A DNA stretch of 64,000 nucleotides from Gemmatimonadaceae bacterium (GTDB taxonomy: Bacteria; Gemmatimonadota; Gemmatimonadetes; Gemmatimonadales; Gemmatimonadaceae). Position 1 is the first letter of the stretch. Every line of letters starts with the position of its first letter. The translations under genes were made by a program, and so were the position numbers. Positions 8,783 through 17,870 of this stretch are shown in pieces. The stretch is from contig JBBDYA010000100.1 of the NCBI GenBank assembly GCA_040902005.1, forward strand, positions 1 through 64,000. Reading direction: 5' to 3'. The notes under the pieces were generated by a model. That model searched no databases. It had not been told where the DNA came from and saw nothing but the letters and a program-made list of their open reading frames with translations.

Positions 8783-9445
8783 TTAGTGGGCCAATTCGCC
8801 ATGCAGCGGGCAGTCAACGGATCGCGGAGCGAACTTCATCCGACCGCGTGTCGTTTTGGGCGGACACGTGCAGGTCTTTTCGCCTGCGACCACGCGGAGA
8901 GCGCTGGCACTTCCCAGCTTGTGGGCGGCATTTCCGAGTGAGCCCAGCGCGCGTGCCACGGATGCGGGCATAGCGAACTCCTCGAAGACGGCGCCGAGTG
9001 ATTCCAGCGTGCCCTCTCCGTCGCGATCCGCCGCGCAGTCCGCGAGCAGTTCGAGGACGGCAGCGGCCACGGCGTCCCGCCGTCCACCGCCAGCAGCCGC
9101 CCACTGCCCGACGGCCTTTCTCACCGCGCCGAGTGCCTTGCGGTGTTCTTTGACAGCCTTGACCAGCGTGTGCGGCACGGGCGGCCACGTGGTGAACTCC
9201 ACTTCCTCAACATCGGAGGGGAGCACGGCGTCCAGATCTAGGCCATTGTTCCACTGCTCCAGATTGACGAGGAATTGCATCCCGTCTACCTGCACGGCGT
9301 GCTGCTGGCCGTGGTCGTGCGCCGTCTCGATGTCGCCCAGCTCGCGGCCTGTGTACGCTTCAAGGATCGTGCGGGCGGCCTGCTCAACGCTGGCGTTGGC
9401 ACGGGTGACCTGACGGACTCGCTCCTGCTGTCGCTTCTTAGACAT
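8783..9445 (-). CDS. Hypothetical protein with C-terminal CxC...CxxH motif
   Basis: ATG 9445 (MSKKRQQ) after AAGGGG. C-terminus reads CTCPPK...CPLHG. Confidence 0.6.
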   Translation of the reverse strand: MSKKRQQERVRQVTRANASVEQAARTILEAYTGRELGDIETAHDHGQQHAVQVDGMQFLVNLEQWNNGLDLDAVLPSDVEEVEFTTWPPVPHTLVKAVKEHRKALGAVRKAVGQWAAAGGGRRDAVAAAVLELLADCAADRDGEGTLESLGAVFEEFAMPASVARALGSLGNAAHKLGSASALRVVAGEKTCTCPPKTTRGRMKFAPRSVDCPLHGELAH

Positions 9446-9797
9446 GGGGTAGCCCCTTGGTGAGTTGACCTGGCTACCTTCACCAAGGAACCACCCCAAG
9501 AGATCACCCTCCAAAGGCACACGGAGAAACCCCTGTTTCCCCGGTGACGCCCGCGTCCCACCCGGGTCCGAAATACAGCGTCGGCCCGGCGATTTTCGAC
9601 GGGATGACGGGCCGGTGACGCGCGTCGCGACGATGCGGCCATGCACGTCTGGCGCGAATGGCCCTGCTTCTTTCGCGGCGCTCCCTCACTCGTTCAGCGG
9701 CTGCGGCTTTGCCCGTCTGAGTACGCCATCCGAGCGAAACTCATCGCGCTTGTCTGTGGTCCTTGCGAGCCGAGCCCTGCCGACGTTTGTTTTTCCG

Positions 9798-10472
9798 ATG
9801 GCTCAGCAGAAGCCCGCCGCTGCCGCGCTCCAGCACGCTGTCGTCCGCAAGGGGATATACAATCAGTCGAGCATCAAGGAGCGCATCCTTGCGTTCTTCC
9901 TCGACAACCTTGGGAAGGTGGCGAGTCGTGATCAGATCGAAGAGGTAGCTCGTGATCCTTCCACCGGAAAGGCTCCGGAGAACTGGCACCAGCGGCTCTC
10001 CGAACTGCGTACCGATGACGGATACACGATTCTAAGCAACCGCGACATGAAGGCCCTGCGCGTGTCCGAATACCTCATGCTGACCGCGCAAAAACGTCCG
10101 ACTGCCGCCAAGCGCGTCCGACCGACACCAAAAACCTGGGCGGCGGTGCTCGAGCGGAGTGCGAATGCCTGCGAGTGGGCGGAGGGAGACAACACGACCT
10201 GCGGCCTCCAAGATGGAGATATCGACTCTGTTGGCGGCGGAACGGTTCGCCTTACTCCCGATCACAAGATGCCGCACTCAGTTAATCCGACGTCGGATCC
10301 ACACGACCCGACGCACTGGCAGGCTCTATGTGGTCGCCACCAAGTGATGAAAAAGAACTATTGGGACAGTTTAACAGGGAAAGTAAACGCAATAGCCATC
10401 GTGCAGGCCGCACCGCACAAGGAGAAGGAGGCGGTCTACGAGATGCTGAAACGCTATTTCGGAGACCCCTAG
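9798..10472 (+). CDS. KpnI-family HNH restriction endonuclease
   Basis: Long stretches match R.KpnI as recalled from memory: PENWHQRLSELRTD.GYTILS, GGGTV.LTPDH..PHS, WQALCGRHQVMKKNYWDS. Confidence 0.88.
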   Translation: MAQQKPAAAALQHAVVRKGIYNQSSIKERILAFFLDNLGKVASRDQIEEVARDPSTGKAPENWHQRLSELRTDDGYTILSNRDMKALRVSEYLMLTAQKRPTAAKRVRPTPKTWAAVLERSANACEWAEGDNTTCGLQDGDIDSVGGGTVRLTPDHKMPHSVNPTSDPHDPTHWQALCGRHQVMKKNYWDSLTGKVNAIAIVQAAPHKEKEAVYEMLKRYFGDP

Positions 10473-11239
10473 CGCCGCCGCGTGACGCCCAACCGTCGCT
10501 CCGTGATCGCGATGTATTCCTCGGACTCGTCGCACAAAATCGCCTCGCGTCCTAACGCGCGGCACACAGCGCCCGTCGTACCCGCTCCACACATAGGATC
10601 CAGGACGACCTCGCCGGGTACAGTCGCCATTTCGATGAGGGGACGATACACGGCTTCTGGTTTCTGCGAGGGGTGTCCGGTTTGCTCCTTTCGCCCGACG
10701 AAGCCAATGTTCAGAGGGACCTCAATAACGCTCGCAGGCCCGGGCATGTAACGCAGCTTTCCCTCCTTCTGCTTGTTTAACTGTGCCTCATTAAGGAAGT
10801 GCTCGGGATGCAACTTCGCTCCCGCCTTCACCAGATGAAGGCACGCCTGCTGCGCAGAACGCCAGCCGCGAATGACGGACGGACAATTCTTGAAGTACCA
10901 TGTCAACCAACTAGCGAGTTGGAAACCTGAAGGTATGCGGCGCACTTGGTGAGCGAGTATTTCAGGGAATCCCCACACAAAGACATGGTCCGAAATGTTC
11001 GCCGCGGCGCTGACAACGGATGCAAGCCAGTCATGGTAATCGTCCCGTTTGCCGCCGACGCCGACGTTGTACCACGGATCGAGCATCGTTACGTGCACTC
11101 GCTCCTTCTGTCGATCGAGCGTCGCCAACACGTCACGCGGCGCTAGAACGCGTATGCGAGACTTTCTCTTTGGTGTACGCTCCGGACTAACTACAGGCGT
11201 CACAAGATCCAATTGAGCGGTGGTGCTAGCATGCGTCAT
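10469..11239 (-). CDS. Beta-class N4-C/N6-A DNA methyltransferase
   Basis: Motif IV variant LDPWY near the N-terminus, HPSQKPE, and motif I VLDPMCGAGTT near the C-terminus. Confidence 0.9.
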   Translation of the reverse strand: MTHASTTAQLDLVTPVVSPERTPKRKSRIRVLAPRDVLATLDRQKERVHVTMLDPWYNVGVGGKRDDYHDWLASVVSAAANISDHVFVWGFPEILAHQVRRIPSGFQLASWLTWYFKNCPSVIRGWRSAQQACLHLVKAGAKLHPEHFLNEAQLNKQKEGKLRYMPGPASVIEVPLNIGFVGRKEQTGHPSQKPEAVYRPLIEMATVPGEVVLDPMCGAGTTGAVCRALGREAILCDESEEYIAITERRLGVTRRR

Positions 11240-11442
11240 TGGGTGGGGCTCCGTCGTTCGGGCACGTCTGGAGTCGATGTCGCGAACAGTGAGGGCTGCG
11301 TGCTTTCAGCGATGAAACGCTGCGCCTGAATTACGAGCCAGTCCTTTAGTGTCAGTCCGTTGCGTGCGAGCTCCGCATACAGACCGCGCTTTAGCTGCGG
11401 CTCAATCTCAACGACGATGCGTCCACTTGGGCCACGACTCAT
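11236..11442 (-). CDS. Small RHH-like regulator (putative RM controller)
   Basis: GRIVVEIEPQLKRGLYAELARNGLTLKDW, a strand-helix-helix pattern. Coupled to the MTase by ATGA. Confidence 0.7.
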   Translation of the reverse strand: MSRGPSGRIVVEIEPQLKRGLYAELARNGLTLKDWLVIQAQRFIAESTQPSLFATSTPDVPERRSPTQ

Positions 11443-11497
11443 AGCAGCAATGGCGGGAAATTGCCCACTATTTAACCGGCGGCATTTGATGTGCTCT

Positions 11498-11525
11498 ATG
11501 TTATATGACATCGCATTAACGGCAA
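11498..11525 (-). promoter_or_regulatory. Putative promoter of the RHH-MTase operon with overlapping operator
   Basis: TTGCCG-N16-TAACAT on the minus strand. Imperfect palindrome ATGTTATATGACAT (11498-11511) overlaps the -10 box. Confidence 0.5.
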
Positions 11526-11649
11526 GAGGGAATTCCCTTGCTCCGATGCACGGCGCGGCACCAGTTTCACCAGTGCGTTGCGGGAACGTCATTTACGAGT
11601 ATTTTCGGTGTTTGTTCGGATGTCGCGGTAAAACTAAACCCGGGCAGCG

Positions 11650-12417
11650 ATGAGTTCAACCAAGACCACCATCGAGTGGACGTCTGCGACGTGGAACGTC
11701 ATGACAGGGTGCACGCAGATCAGTGCAGGCTGCGATCACTGTTATGCCAAGACGTTGGCGGAGCGGAAGCTGCGCCAAGTGTACCTCGCGCAGCCGCCGG
11801 TGAAGGACACCCCCACCAATCATGAAGACCCGTTTGCTCCTCGGTACTGGGAGAAACGGTTGGATCAGCCTCTCCGCTGGAAAACGCCGATGCGGATCTT
11901 CGTGAACTCGATGTCCGACGTTTTCCATGCCCATTTTTCCGTTGAGCAAATTCGCCGCGTTTTCGACGTAATGCACGAAGCCCACTGGCATCAGTTCCAG
12001 GTGCTAACGAAGCGACCGGAACGCGCATTGCGCCTCGCCGATGAACTTCCGTGGGGGCCTAACGTCTGGCTCGGCACATCCATCGAAGACATGAACGTGG
12101 CCCGACGAGCAGACGCGCTGCGGAATGTGACTCAGGCCTCCGTTCGGTTCATTTCCGCCGAACCTCTTCTCGGCTCCCTCGCGGACCTGAATTTGGACGG
12201 AATCGACTGGGTCATTGGCGGCGGCGAGAGCGGCGCCGGGTACCGAGCATGTGATCCAGAGTGGGCGCGCGAGCTACGCGACCGCTGCTTGGAACGCCGG
12301 ATTGCATTTTTTTGGAAGCAGTGGGGCGGGCGCACCCCGAAAGCCGGAGGGCGGAAGCTCGACAACAAGTACTGGGATCAGTACCCAGTTCCCCTCAAGA
12401 CCGCCGCTGCCGTCTAA
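11650..12417 (+). CDS. DUF5131 / phage Gp37/Gp68 family three-Cys (radical-SAM-like) protein
   Basis: IEWTSATWN..TGCTQISAGCDHCYA, FVNSMSDVFH, FQVLTKRPER, FISAEPLL, WVIGGGESG, FFWKQWGG. Confidence 0.92.
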   Translation: MSSTKTTIEWTSATWNVMTGCTQISAGCDHCYAKTLAERKLRQVYLAQPPVKDTPTNHEDPFAPRYWEKRLDQPLRWKTPMRIFVNSMSDVFHAHFSVEQIRRVFDVMHEAHWHQFQVLTKRPERALRLADELPWGPNVWLGTSIEDMNVARRADALRNVTQASVRFISAEPLLGSLADLNLDGIDWVIGGGESGAGYRACDPEWARELRDRCLERRIAFFWKQWGGRTPKAGGRKLDNKYWDQYPVPLKTAAAV

Positions 12418-12799
12418 CGCGTGCGGCTTCGCCTGTCCCCACGTGGCGCGGACAGAGTATACCCGTCGCGTACGCCTCCACTAGTGCGCGCTTCCGAGCG
12501 TGCGCGATTTCTACAAACGCGAACTGGTATCCTCTGCGCAACGCTACTCGCTCGTTCTTAAGGAACTTGATAACGAAGGATGAGCGGCCTGCAAGGTGCG
12601 CCTTCAATCGCTGGAAGATGCCAGCGCGGGCCCGAGTTGTCCGCCCGACGTGCGCAACACGACCGCGAGAATCAACAATTAGGTAGACGCCCTGTTTGCG
12701 TGTGCACATGAGCGGCGCACGGGATGCCGGAAAGGACTTTCGCGGTGCCTTGAGGAGCCGAGCGAAGTGTTTGCGGACCAGCGCCTGCTCCCGTGTCAC
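12395..12799 (-). CDS. GIY-YIG-like nuclease
   Basis: GVY-x10-HVG, QRLKAH (Arg helix) and ALVEAY (Glu). GTG start overlaps the TcmP stop (GTGA). Confidence 0.7.
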   Translation of the reverse strand: MTREQALVRKHFARLLKAPRKSFPASRAPLMCTRKQGVYLIVDSRGRVAHVGRTTRARAGIFQRLKAHLAGRSSFVIKFLKNERVALRRGYQFAFVEIAHARKRALVEAYATGILCPRHVGTGEAARVRRQRRS

Positions 12800-13980
12800 C
12801 GCCGCCTAATCCGGCGAACTCGCAGAATCGTGTCCGACTCAGGTGCTGCACCGCCTCCGAGAGACTCCACGCGACCAGCCTCGATGAGACGCTTAACTGC
12901 CCCCCTGTGATGCTTCTCCCGAAAATCAGGACCGAAGTGCATAGCTAAGCCCGCGCGAAGTTCGATGAACTCCATATCGCCCCCGCATGCCTCAAGGAAC
13001 GCGAACGTCTGCGCGTCGAGGTCCGCTTCCGAGTATCGCGGAGCACGTTGTGGAGGGCCGAACAAAGAGCCTTGTCCCGTTTCGCGCTCGCGACGCTCAT
13101 ACGTGGCGGTAAACAGCCTGTCCTCAAGCGTCGACACGCAATCGTTTAGGTGTGCTGCACCGTGTGCACTATCGCTGCCATGGACGAGCATGTACTTCGG
13201 CGCGGCCTGATAGCTCGCACGGATGGGTACCACCTGAACGTAGTGAAACCGATTGGTATAGAGCCGTAGATACTGCTCTAGCAGCTCGTATTTATCCTGC
13301 TGCAAGCCCCATCCCTCTAAGCTCCCCTCCTCAGCGATTTGCTCGGTGTCAATATTTAGGCGTTCGAGCAGACGCGCGAAGCTGGCGGCACATGGGACGG
13401 GCGTGCTGCTCCTGGACTGCCGCCGCACCCATCCTGCAAACCGCGCAAGCATGGTCGGATCAATACGGACAAGGACCTCGGTTGAAGCACGATCGGCGTG
13501 TGTGAGGAGCGGATGCAGGTGATCCTTGGTTACAGCAACCGTGCCGAACGGATCGATGAGGAACAGCGTCGGCACCTCGCGCGTCGCGTCGAGCACTGGC
13601 CGAGGGTTCTCGAAGAACGACGTGTTTGAGACGTGCGCGCGGGGCGGTTTAGGCGCAGTGTATGGAGCCAGATTCGTGACGAGCTGCGGGTAGATGTCGC
13701 CGTCAGTCTCGAAAGCGTACACGGTAATTCCTGTGCCGCGCTGCACCATCGCCTTCTCGCCGTTAAACTTCGCGGCAATCAGTGGGGACCCGTCCTTCTC
13801 ATCCTCGTACTTCCCCGCGCCTGCACAGGTATCAACGAAGGCAAGCTCGTGATTAAACGCTCCGAGCTTATAGCACCAGACGTGAAGGTAGTTGCTCAGG
13901 AGCTTGTGCTTGTACGCGCTCCATTCCAGCACCTGGGTAAAGCCGTGGCCGCGGCCGGCGCGGGTCGTCTTCGTCGCCAT
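12796..13980 (-). CDS. tcmP: Three-Cys-motif partner protein TcmP (methyltransferase-like, C-terminal wHTH)
   Basis: WS..KH.LL..YL..W, FVDTCAGAG.Y...GSPL and FLIDPFG. SD GAGG. Adjacent to DUF5131, its known partner family. Confidence 0.85.
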   Translation of the reverse strand: MATKTTRAGRGHGFTQVLEWSAYKHKLLSNYLHVWCYKLGAFNHELAFVDTCAGAGKYEDEKDGSPLIAAKFNGEKAMVQRGTGITVYAFETDGDIYPQLVTNLAPYTAPKPPRAHVSNTSFFENPRPVLDATREVPTLFLIDPFGTVAVTKDHLHPLLTHADRASTEVLVRIDPTMLARFAGWVRRQSRSSTPVPCAASFARLLERLNIDTEQIAEEGSLEGWGLQQDKYELLEQYLRLYTNRFHYVQVVPIRASYQAAPKYMLVHGSDSAHGAAHLNDCVSTLEDRLFTATYERRERETGQGSLFGPPQRAPRYSEADLDAQTFAFLEACGGDMEFIELRAGLAMHFGPDFREKHHRGAVKRLIEAGRVESLGGGAAPESDTILRVRRIRRR

Positions 13981-14540
13981 CTCGTTTTCCCTCCTCGGCT
14001 AACCGCCGAGTTCCCGATATCCTGTCCAGACACGGCCTTGCCGCGCCCCCGAGCGGGGGCAGACAGAAACCCGAATATACACCGACAAGAGGAAACGCGA
14101 AACTATCTTTCCGCGCGAGATGGATCGAAACCTTTCAGTATCCCTATGGCGGACCAGATCCGCGCAGCTTGGCAATCTTGCCCACCAATTGCCTGACGGT
14201 GCGCAACCTGTTCGCTGGTAACAAGAAGCTGCTACTGGTATGCAGCCTGGCGCCAGTTCGGCAATTCGGTCGAGGCGGACTCCCTGTGTTCGGGATCTCT
14301 TCAGGCCTCTTCCACAGAATTGGCGCTGTTGTGGTGGTGCGGGGAGAAACGGCAGCACTATTTATGGGTCGCCCTTTTTTTGGTGCAACCGATGCGGCGA
14401 CTTCGACGGCGAACGGACACGAAGCAGTACCAGCCCGCTTTTCTTCGGGTGCGCTTGGTTCGCGCATGGATCTCGGCCTTCTGGCGGCTAGTGTGGTTGG
14501 CCTATGCGGTCTGGCTCCTAGCCAGCCTCATCACGGGCGG

Positions 14541-14924
14541 CTAGACCATGCCGCCTCCTCGTCTGACCACTCGCTCCGTGTATCCACAGCCAGGGCACCA
14601 CAGAACAGCGATGCCGTTGCCGTCCGTGCCTGCCAAGGTCCCGAGCCCGCAGTCGCATGTAGTGTCCGCCATTGGCGCCAACTGCCCCCGCTGGCGACTG
14701 GCGCTTGGCTCTGGCGCTTTCCGCGTCGGCTTGGCGGGGCCGCGCCTAGGAGCGACCAGCCTTCCGTATTCACGAAGGCCAATGGCGGCGCGGACAGCCT
14801 TACGCACGGTAGCGTGATAGCATCCCACGCGGTGGGCTTCGCTGAGAATCGATCCCCGCCCTGACCTTAGCCGCGCGACAATGGCGTGGACTTCCTTTTT
14901 TGACAGGCTGTAGCCGCGACTCAC
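14541..14924 (-). CDS. Hypothetical protein, HTH-like N-terminus plus Zn-ribbon
   Basis: CDCG...WCPGCG at the C-terminus. GTG start after GAGGG. Confidence 0.55.
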   Translation of the reverse strand: MSRGYSLSKKEVHAIVARLRSGRGSILSEAHRVGCYHATVRKAVRAAIGLREYGRLVAPRRGPAKPTRKAPEPSASRQRGQLAPMADTTCDCGLGTLAGTDGNGIAVLWCPGCGYTERVVRRGGGMV

Positions 14925-14954
14925 AGCGCGCCCTCGACCCGTGCAGGCTAAGCG

Positions 14955-15653
14955 CTACAGGGTCCCAGCCGCAGCGCCGGGGAACGCTCCTAGCGCCCGC
15001 TTCGCTTCCTCTACGTGTTGGGCCATCCGCTCATGCTGTCGGTTCGTTTCCGCCTGCTCGCGTTCCCTGTGCGCGATGCCTCGTTGCTGCCTTTCGGTCA
15101 GTTCCGGGAATGGACGCAATCCCGCCGCCGTGATGATGGTGTGCCCTTCAGTGCCCCGCACTTCCGCGTAGGTCCGCCTCTCCCGTAGTCCGTGCTCGCA
15201 TTGCTCGACGCGGGGACGGGTGCGCACGTGCGCCACCAGCTCTACGCTGGGAGCCGTCTCGAGCCCGCGCAGTGCGGGTGCTGTCACCTTCGGCAATGCG
15301 GGTGTCGGAAGTTGGAAGCGGTGACACAGCGCTTCCGCTTCTGCCTTTAGCCCGTTCACCTGCCCAAAGCGGTCATTGAATCGGCGGATCGCGTCCTCCA
15401 GTGCTGCCTTCGCAGCGCGGACGCGGGCCTCGTCCTCCTCCAGACTCGCGACCACAGACCCGATCGCGCGACGGATGCCAAGCAAGCGTTGCTTCGCTCG
15501 CTCGCGGGCCTCGTCCTCCTGCCGCTCCGACATCTGCTGTTCGATGGCGGCCAATTCTGCCGCGGCTACTTCCTTCTCGCTGGGCTGGGCCACGATTCGC
15601 CGCAGTTCCTCGGCGCGCTGTTCCAGCGTCTTATCTCCTCCACGACCACTCAT
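14955..15653 (-). CDS. Coiled-coil hypothetical protein
   Basis: E/R/A-rich heptads over 232 aa. SD AGGAG. Confidence 0.7.
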   Translation of the reverse strand: MSGRGGDKTLEQRAEELRRIVAQPSEKEVAAAELAAIEQQMSERQEDEARERAKQRLLGIRRAIGSVVASLEEDEARVRAAKAALEDAIRRFNDRFGQVNGLKAEAEALCHRFQLPTPALPKVTAPALRGLETAPSVELVAHVRTRPRVEQCEHGLRERRTYAEVRGTEGHTIITAAGLRPFPELTERQQRGIAHREREQAETNRQHERMAQHVEEAKRALGAFPGAAAGTL

Positions 15654-15847
15654 CTTTCAGCTCCTGTGTGTGTGAGTCCTGCGTCCTGCCATGCCGCCGC
15701 CCGGAGTCGCACCGGGACCGAGGGTGATGATTCCCAAGGCACATCTCTGTCAGCGGTCCGCCACCCTCGCGGGTGACTTCGCAGTGTTTGACGAGCCCGC
15801 GCACTGCGCACCGGGCCGGCGTGTCGGAAAAGCACGCCGAAGAAGCC

Positions 15848-16171
15848 CTAGCCGATCTGTTGGCGCTGCCGTTCAAGCCGTCGTTCGAACGCCGATGACG
15901 CCAGCTCGCGCTGCGCGGCCTTGAGGGATTGCTCCAGCCGTGTGACTTCCACCCACGCTTTGCCGGAACTCTCAGCATGGCGTAGTGCCGTCTCGGCCTC
16001 GGTGACCTTGGTCTTGAGCGCCGATACCTGTTGCTCGTTCAGCAGGAACGGGTTGACCGGCGCGAGAAACGGCGATTCCTCAACCGGCACCACGGACTGA
16101 CTCCCGTGCGTTCCGCCGTTGCACCGCGCGCACTGACACGGCGCGGATTGATTCACCATCACTGTTTTCAT
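15848..16171 (-). CDS. Hypothetical protein (CxCxxC plus coiled coil)
   Basis: SD AGGAG before ATG, 13 nt after the terminase stop. Confidence 0.65.
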   Translation of the reverse strand: MKTVMVNQSAPCQCARCNGGTHGSQSVVPVEESPFLAPVNPFLLNEQQVSALKTKVTEAETALRHAESSGKAWVEVTRLEQSLKAAQRELASSAFERRLERQRQQIG

Positions 16172-16184
16172 GTTTTCTCTCCTG

Positions 16185-17870
16185 TTAGTTGCTGTGGATG
16201 CGCCATACGGCGGGTCTGCGCATGGGTGCGTCGTCTAACGCTCGGGCACGCTCCCAGTCCCGTTCCGCTTCGCGCTCAAGGCGCTCTTTCGTGTTCGCCA
16301 CTAGTTCCCGCATCGTGTCGTGCGGGTCGCGGCCATCCCTGCTCTCGCCGTCCCCGAACGAGAACCGGACACGCCGCTTCTTCTTCCCGCGTACTCCGCT
16401 CGCGAGGACCAGCGCACCCGCTGCCGCATTTCCAACGTCGTCGTGACCACCTCGGGGGTGATCGATGGAGTCACGCCCGCCGCGCACGGATCGCCGCTGC
16501 AATGCGAGTAGTTGCGTGCGGAGTGTGGGATGATCGAGCAGTTCCACCATTCCGGTGTTCACCAGCGGGAGCAGTTCGCCGTACAGGTCCGACTTGGTGA
16601 GGGCTGACGGCTCGAACGTGATCCCACACTCCCGTAGCGCCGAGCTGACGAAGCCCACCGCGTGCCGGTCTCCTGACACCTTCCGCACGCCGTAGCGTTC
16701 GAGGATGGGCGCGAACGTCAGCACGATCACCCTGCCCGGGTCGAACGGCGGTTCCATTTCGTGGAGCATATCCAGCACTGCCCGCGCGCCCTCCTTGTGG
16801 GCGATGCCCAGCGTCATCGAGTCGCCAGAACGCGAGCCTTCCGCCGCGTCAATGAACGCCGTGTAGGCGATGCCTGGCATCGGCGGGAGTTCGCGCCTTC
16901 CCGTGATGATCGCAGCCGCCAAGGGCTCCGCGTCAAACAGCGCGGCCCGAGCTTGACGGAAGGCGACGTAGCCGCCCGTTCCGAACTCCGACGAGGCGAC
17001 AACTGGATCCTTCTTGAACGCTCGTTCGATGGTGCGCCGGTCGTAGGTCGGATTCATGGACAGCGTATCCGCGTTCCAAACCAGCACGTCCGGGTCATCC
17101 TTCCCGAAGTACTGCTCTACCGCGTCGTGCAGTTCTCCCTTGGGCGCTGCCGGATTGCTTAGGGCGAGGAGCAGCGAGCCGGAAACACGGCCCAGCGATC
17201 CACGGACGGCGGTAATGACCTCGTGGTCAGGGTTCGCTCCGTCGTCGTCGTTCATCCAGAACGCGATTTCGTCAGCACAGCACGTCGGGCAGGTGTAGCC
17301 TCTCGGTGCGCTCTTGCTCGCGGTGACGACCTCGATGTTCGCGCCGGTCTTGTACTCCACGACCTCCTTAAGCATTCCCCGGAACACGTAGGGCGCGACC
17401 ACTGGCAGAGCGTTGAATCCCCGGATGTAGCCCAGCGCAGCGCGGGCCTGCCGTCTATCGCTGGCAAGCAATGGGATCACCACGTCCTCACCGGGATCAA
17501 CCGTCCGCGAGTCGAACGTGATGGCGCGGAACACCGCGTGTAGTGCGCTGTTTCTCGTCTTGCCGCCACCGCGACCAATGGCCATCCACGCTTCCGCGAC
17601 GGCAGCGATCGGAGGGCTCTCCCGCTTCGTGTGGCGCTGGAACGTGAGCAGCTCGTCCGCCGACATCGGCAGCCCGTAGCACGCCTTCCAGAATGCGCGC
17701 CACGCGGCCCACTCCTCGCCCACCATGCCCGCGAGGTCCATCAGGTCCAGAATGGTTCCGGACCACGGTTCACGTGACGCACGGCGAGCCGCAGCGCTCA
17801 CCTGACCGCCTTTGCGGCCAACCTCACGGGCGCGGGGGTCACCGCGCTTGAAGGGCGGTTTCCGCTTCAC
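16185..17870 (-). CDS. Terminase large subunit-like protein (ATPase plus RNase H-like nuclease)
   Basis: Walker A GRGGGKT, Walker B CCADEIAF, coupling motif LSNP, nuclease acidic motifs FIDAAEG and HDDVGNA. GTG start supported by a GTGA overlap. Confidence 0.85.
   Translation of the reverse strand: MKRKPPFKRGDPRAREVGRKGGQVSAAARRASREPWSGTILDLMDLAGMVGEEWAAWRAFWKACYGLPMSADELLTFQRHTKRESPPIAAVAEAWMAIGRGGGKTRNSALHAVFRAITFDSRTVDPGEDVVIPLLASDRRQARAALGYIRGFNALPVVAPYVFRGMLKEVVEYKTGANIEVVTASKSAPRGYTCPTCCADEIAFWMNDDDGANPDHEVITAVRGSLGRVSGSLLLALSNPAAPKGELHDAVEQYFGKDDPDVLVWNADTLSMNPTYDRRTIERAFKKDPVVASSEFGTGGYVAFRQARAALFDAEPLAAAIITGRRELPPMPGIAYTAFIDAAEGSRSGDSMTLGIAHKEGARAVLDMLHEMEPPFDPGRVIVLTFAPILERYGVRKVSGDRHAVGFVSSALRECGITFEPSALTKSDLYGELLPLVNTGMVELLDHPTLRTQLLALQRRSVRGGRDSIDHPRGGHDDVGNAAAGALVLASGVRGKKKRRVRFSFGDGESRDGRDPHDTMRELVANTKERLEREAERDWERARALDDAPMRRPAVWRIHSN

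Noticed and set aside
13999..14864. Overlapping ORFs 13999-14358, 14144-14467 and 14169-14864
   Set aside because: No motifs, atypical composition and mutually overlapping frames, so none could be supported.
15650..15835. 61-aa ORF coupled to the coiled-coil gene
   Set aside because: The ATGA overlap is suggestive, but there is no SD or motif. Too weak to call.
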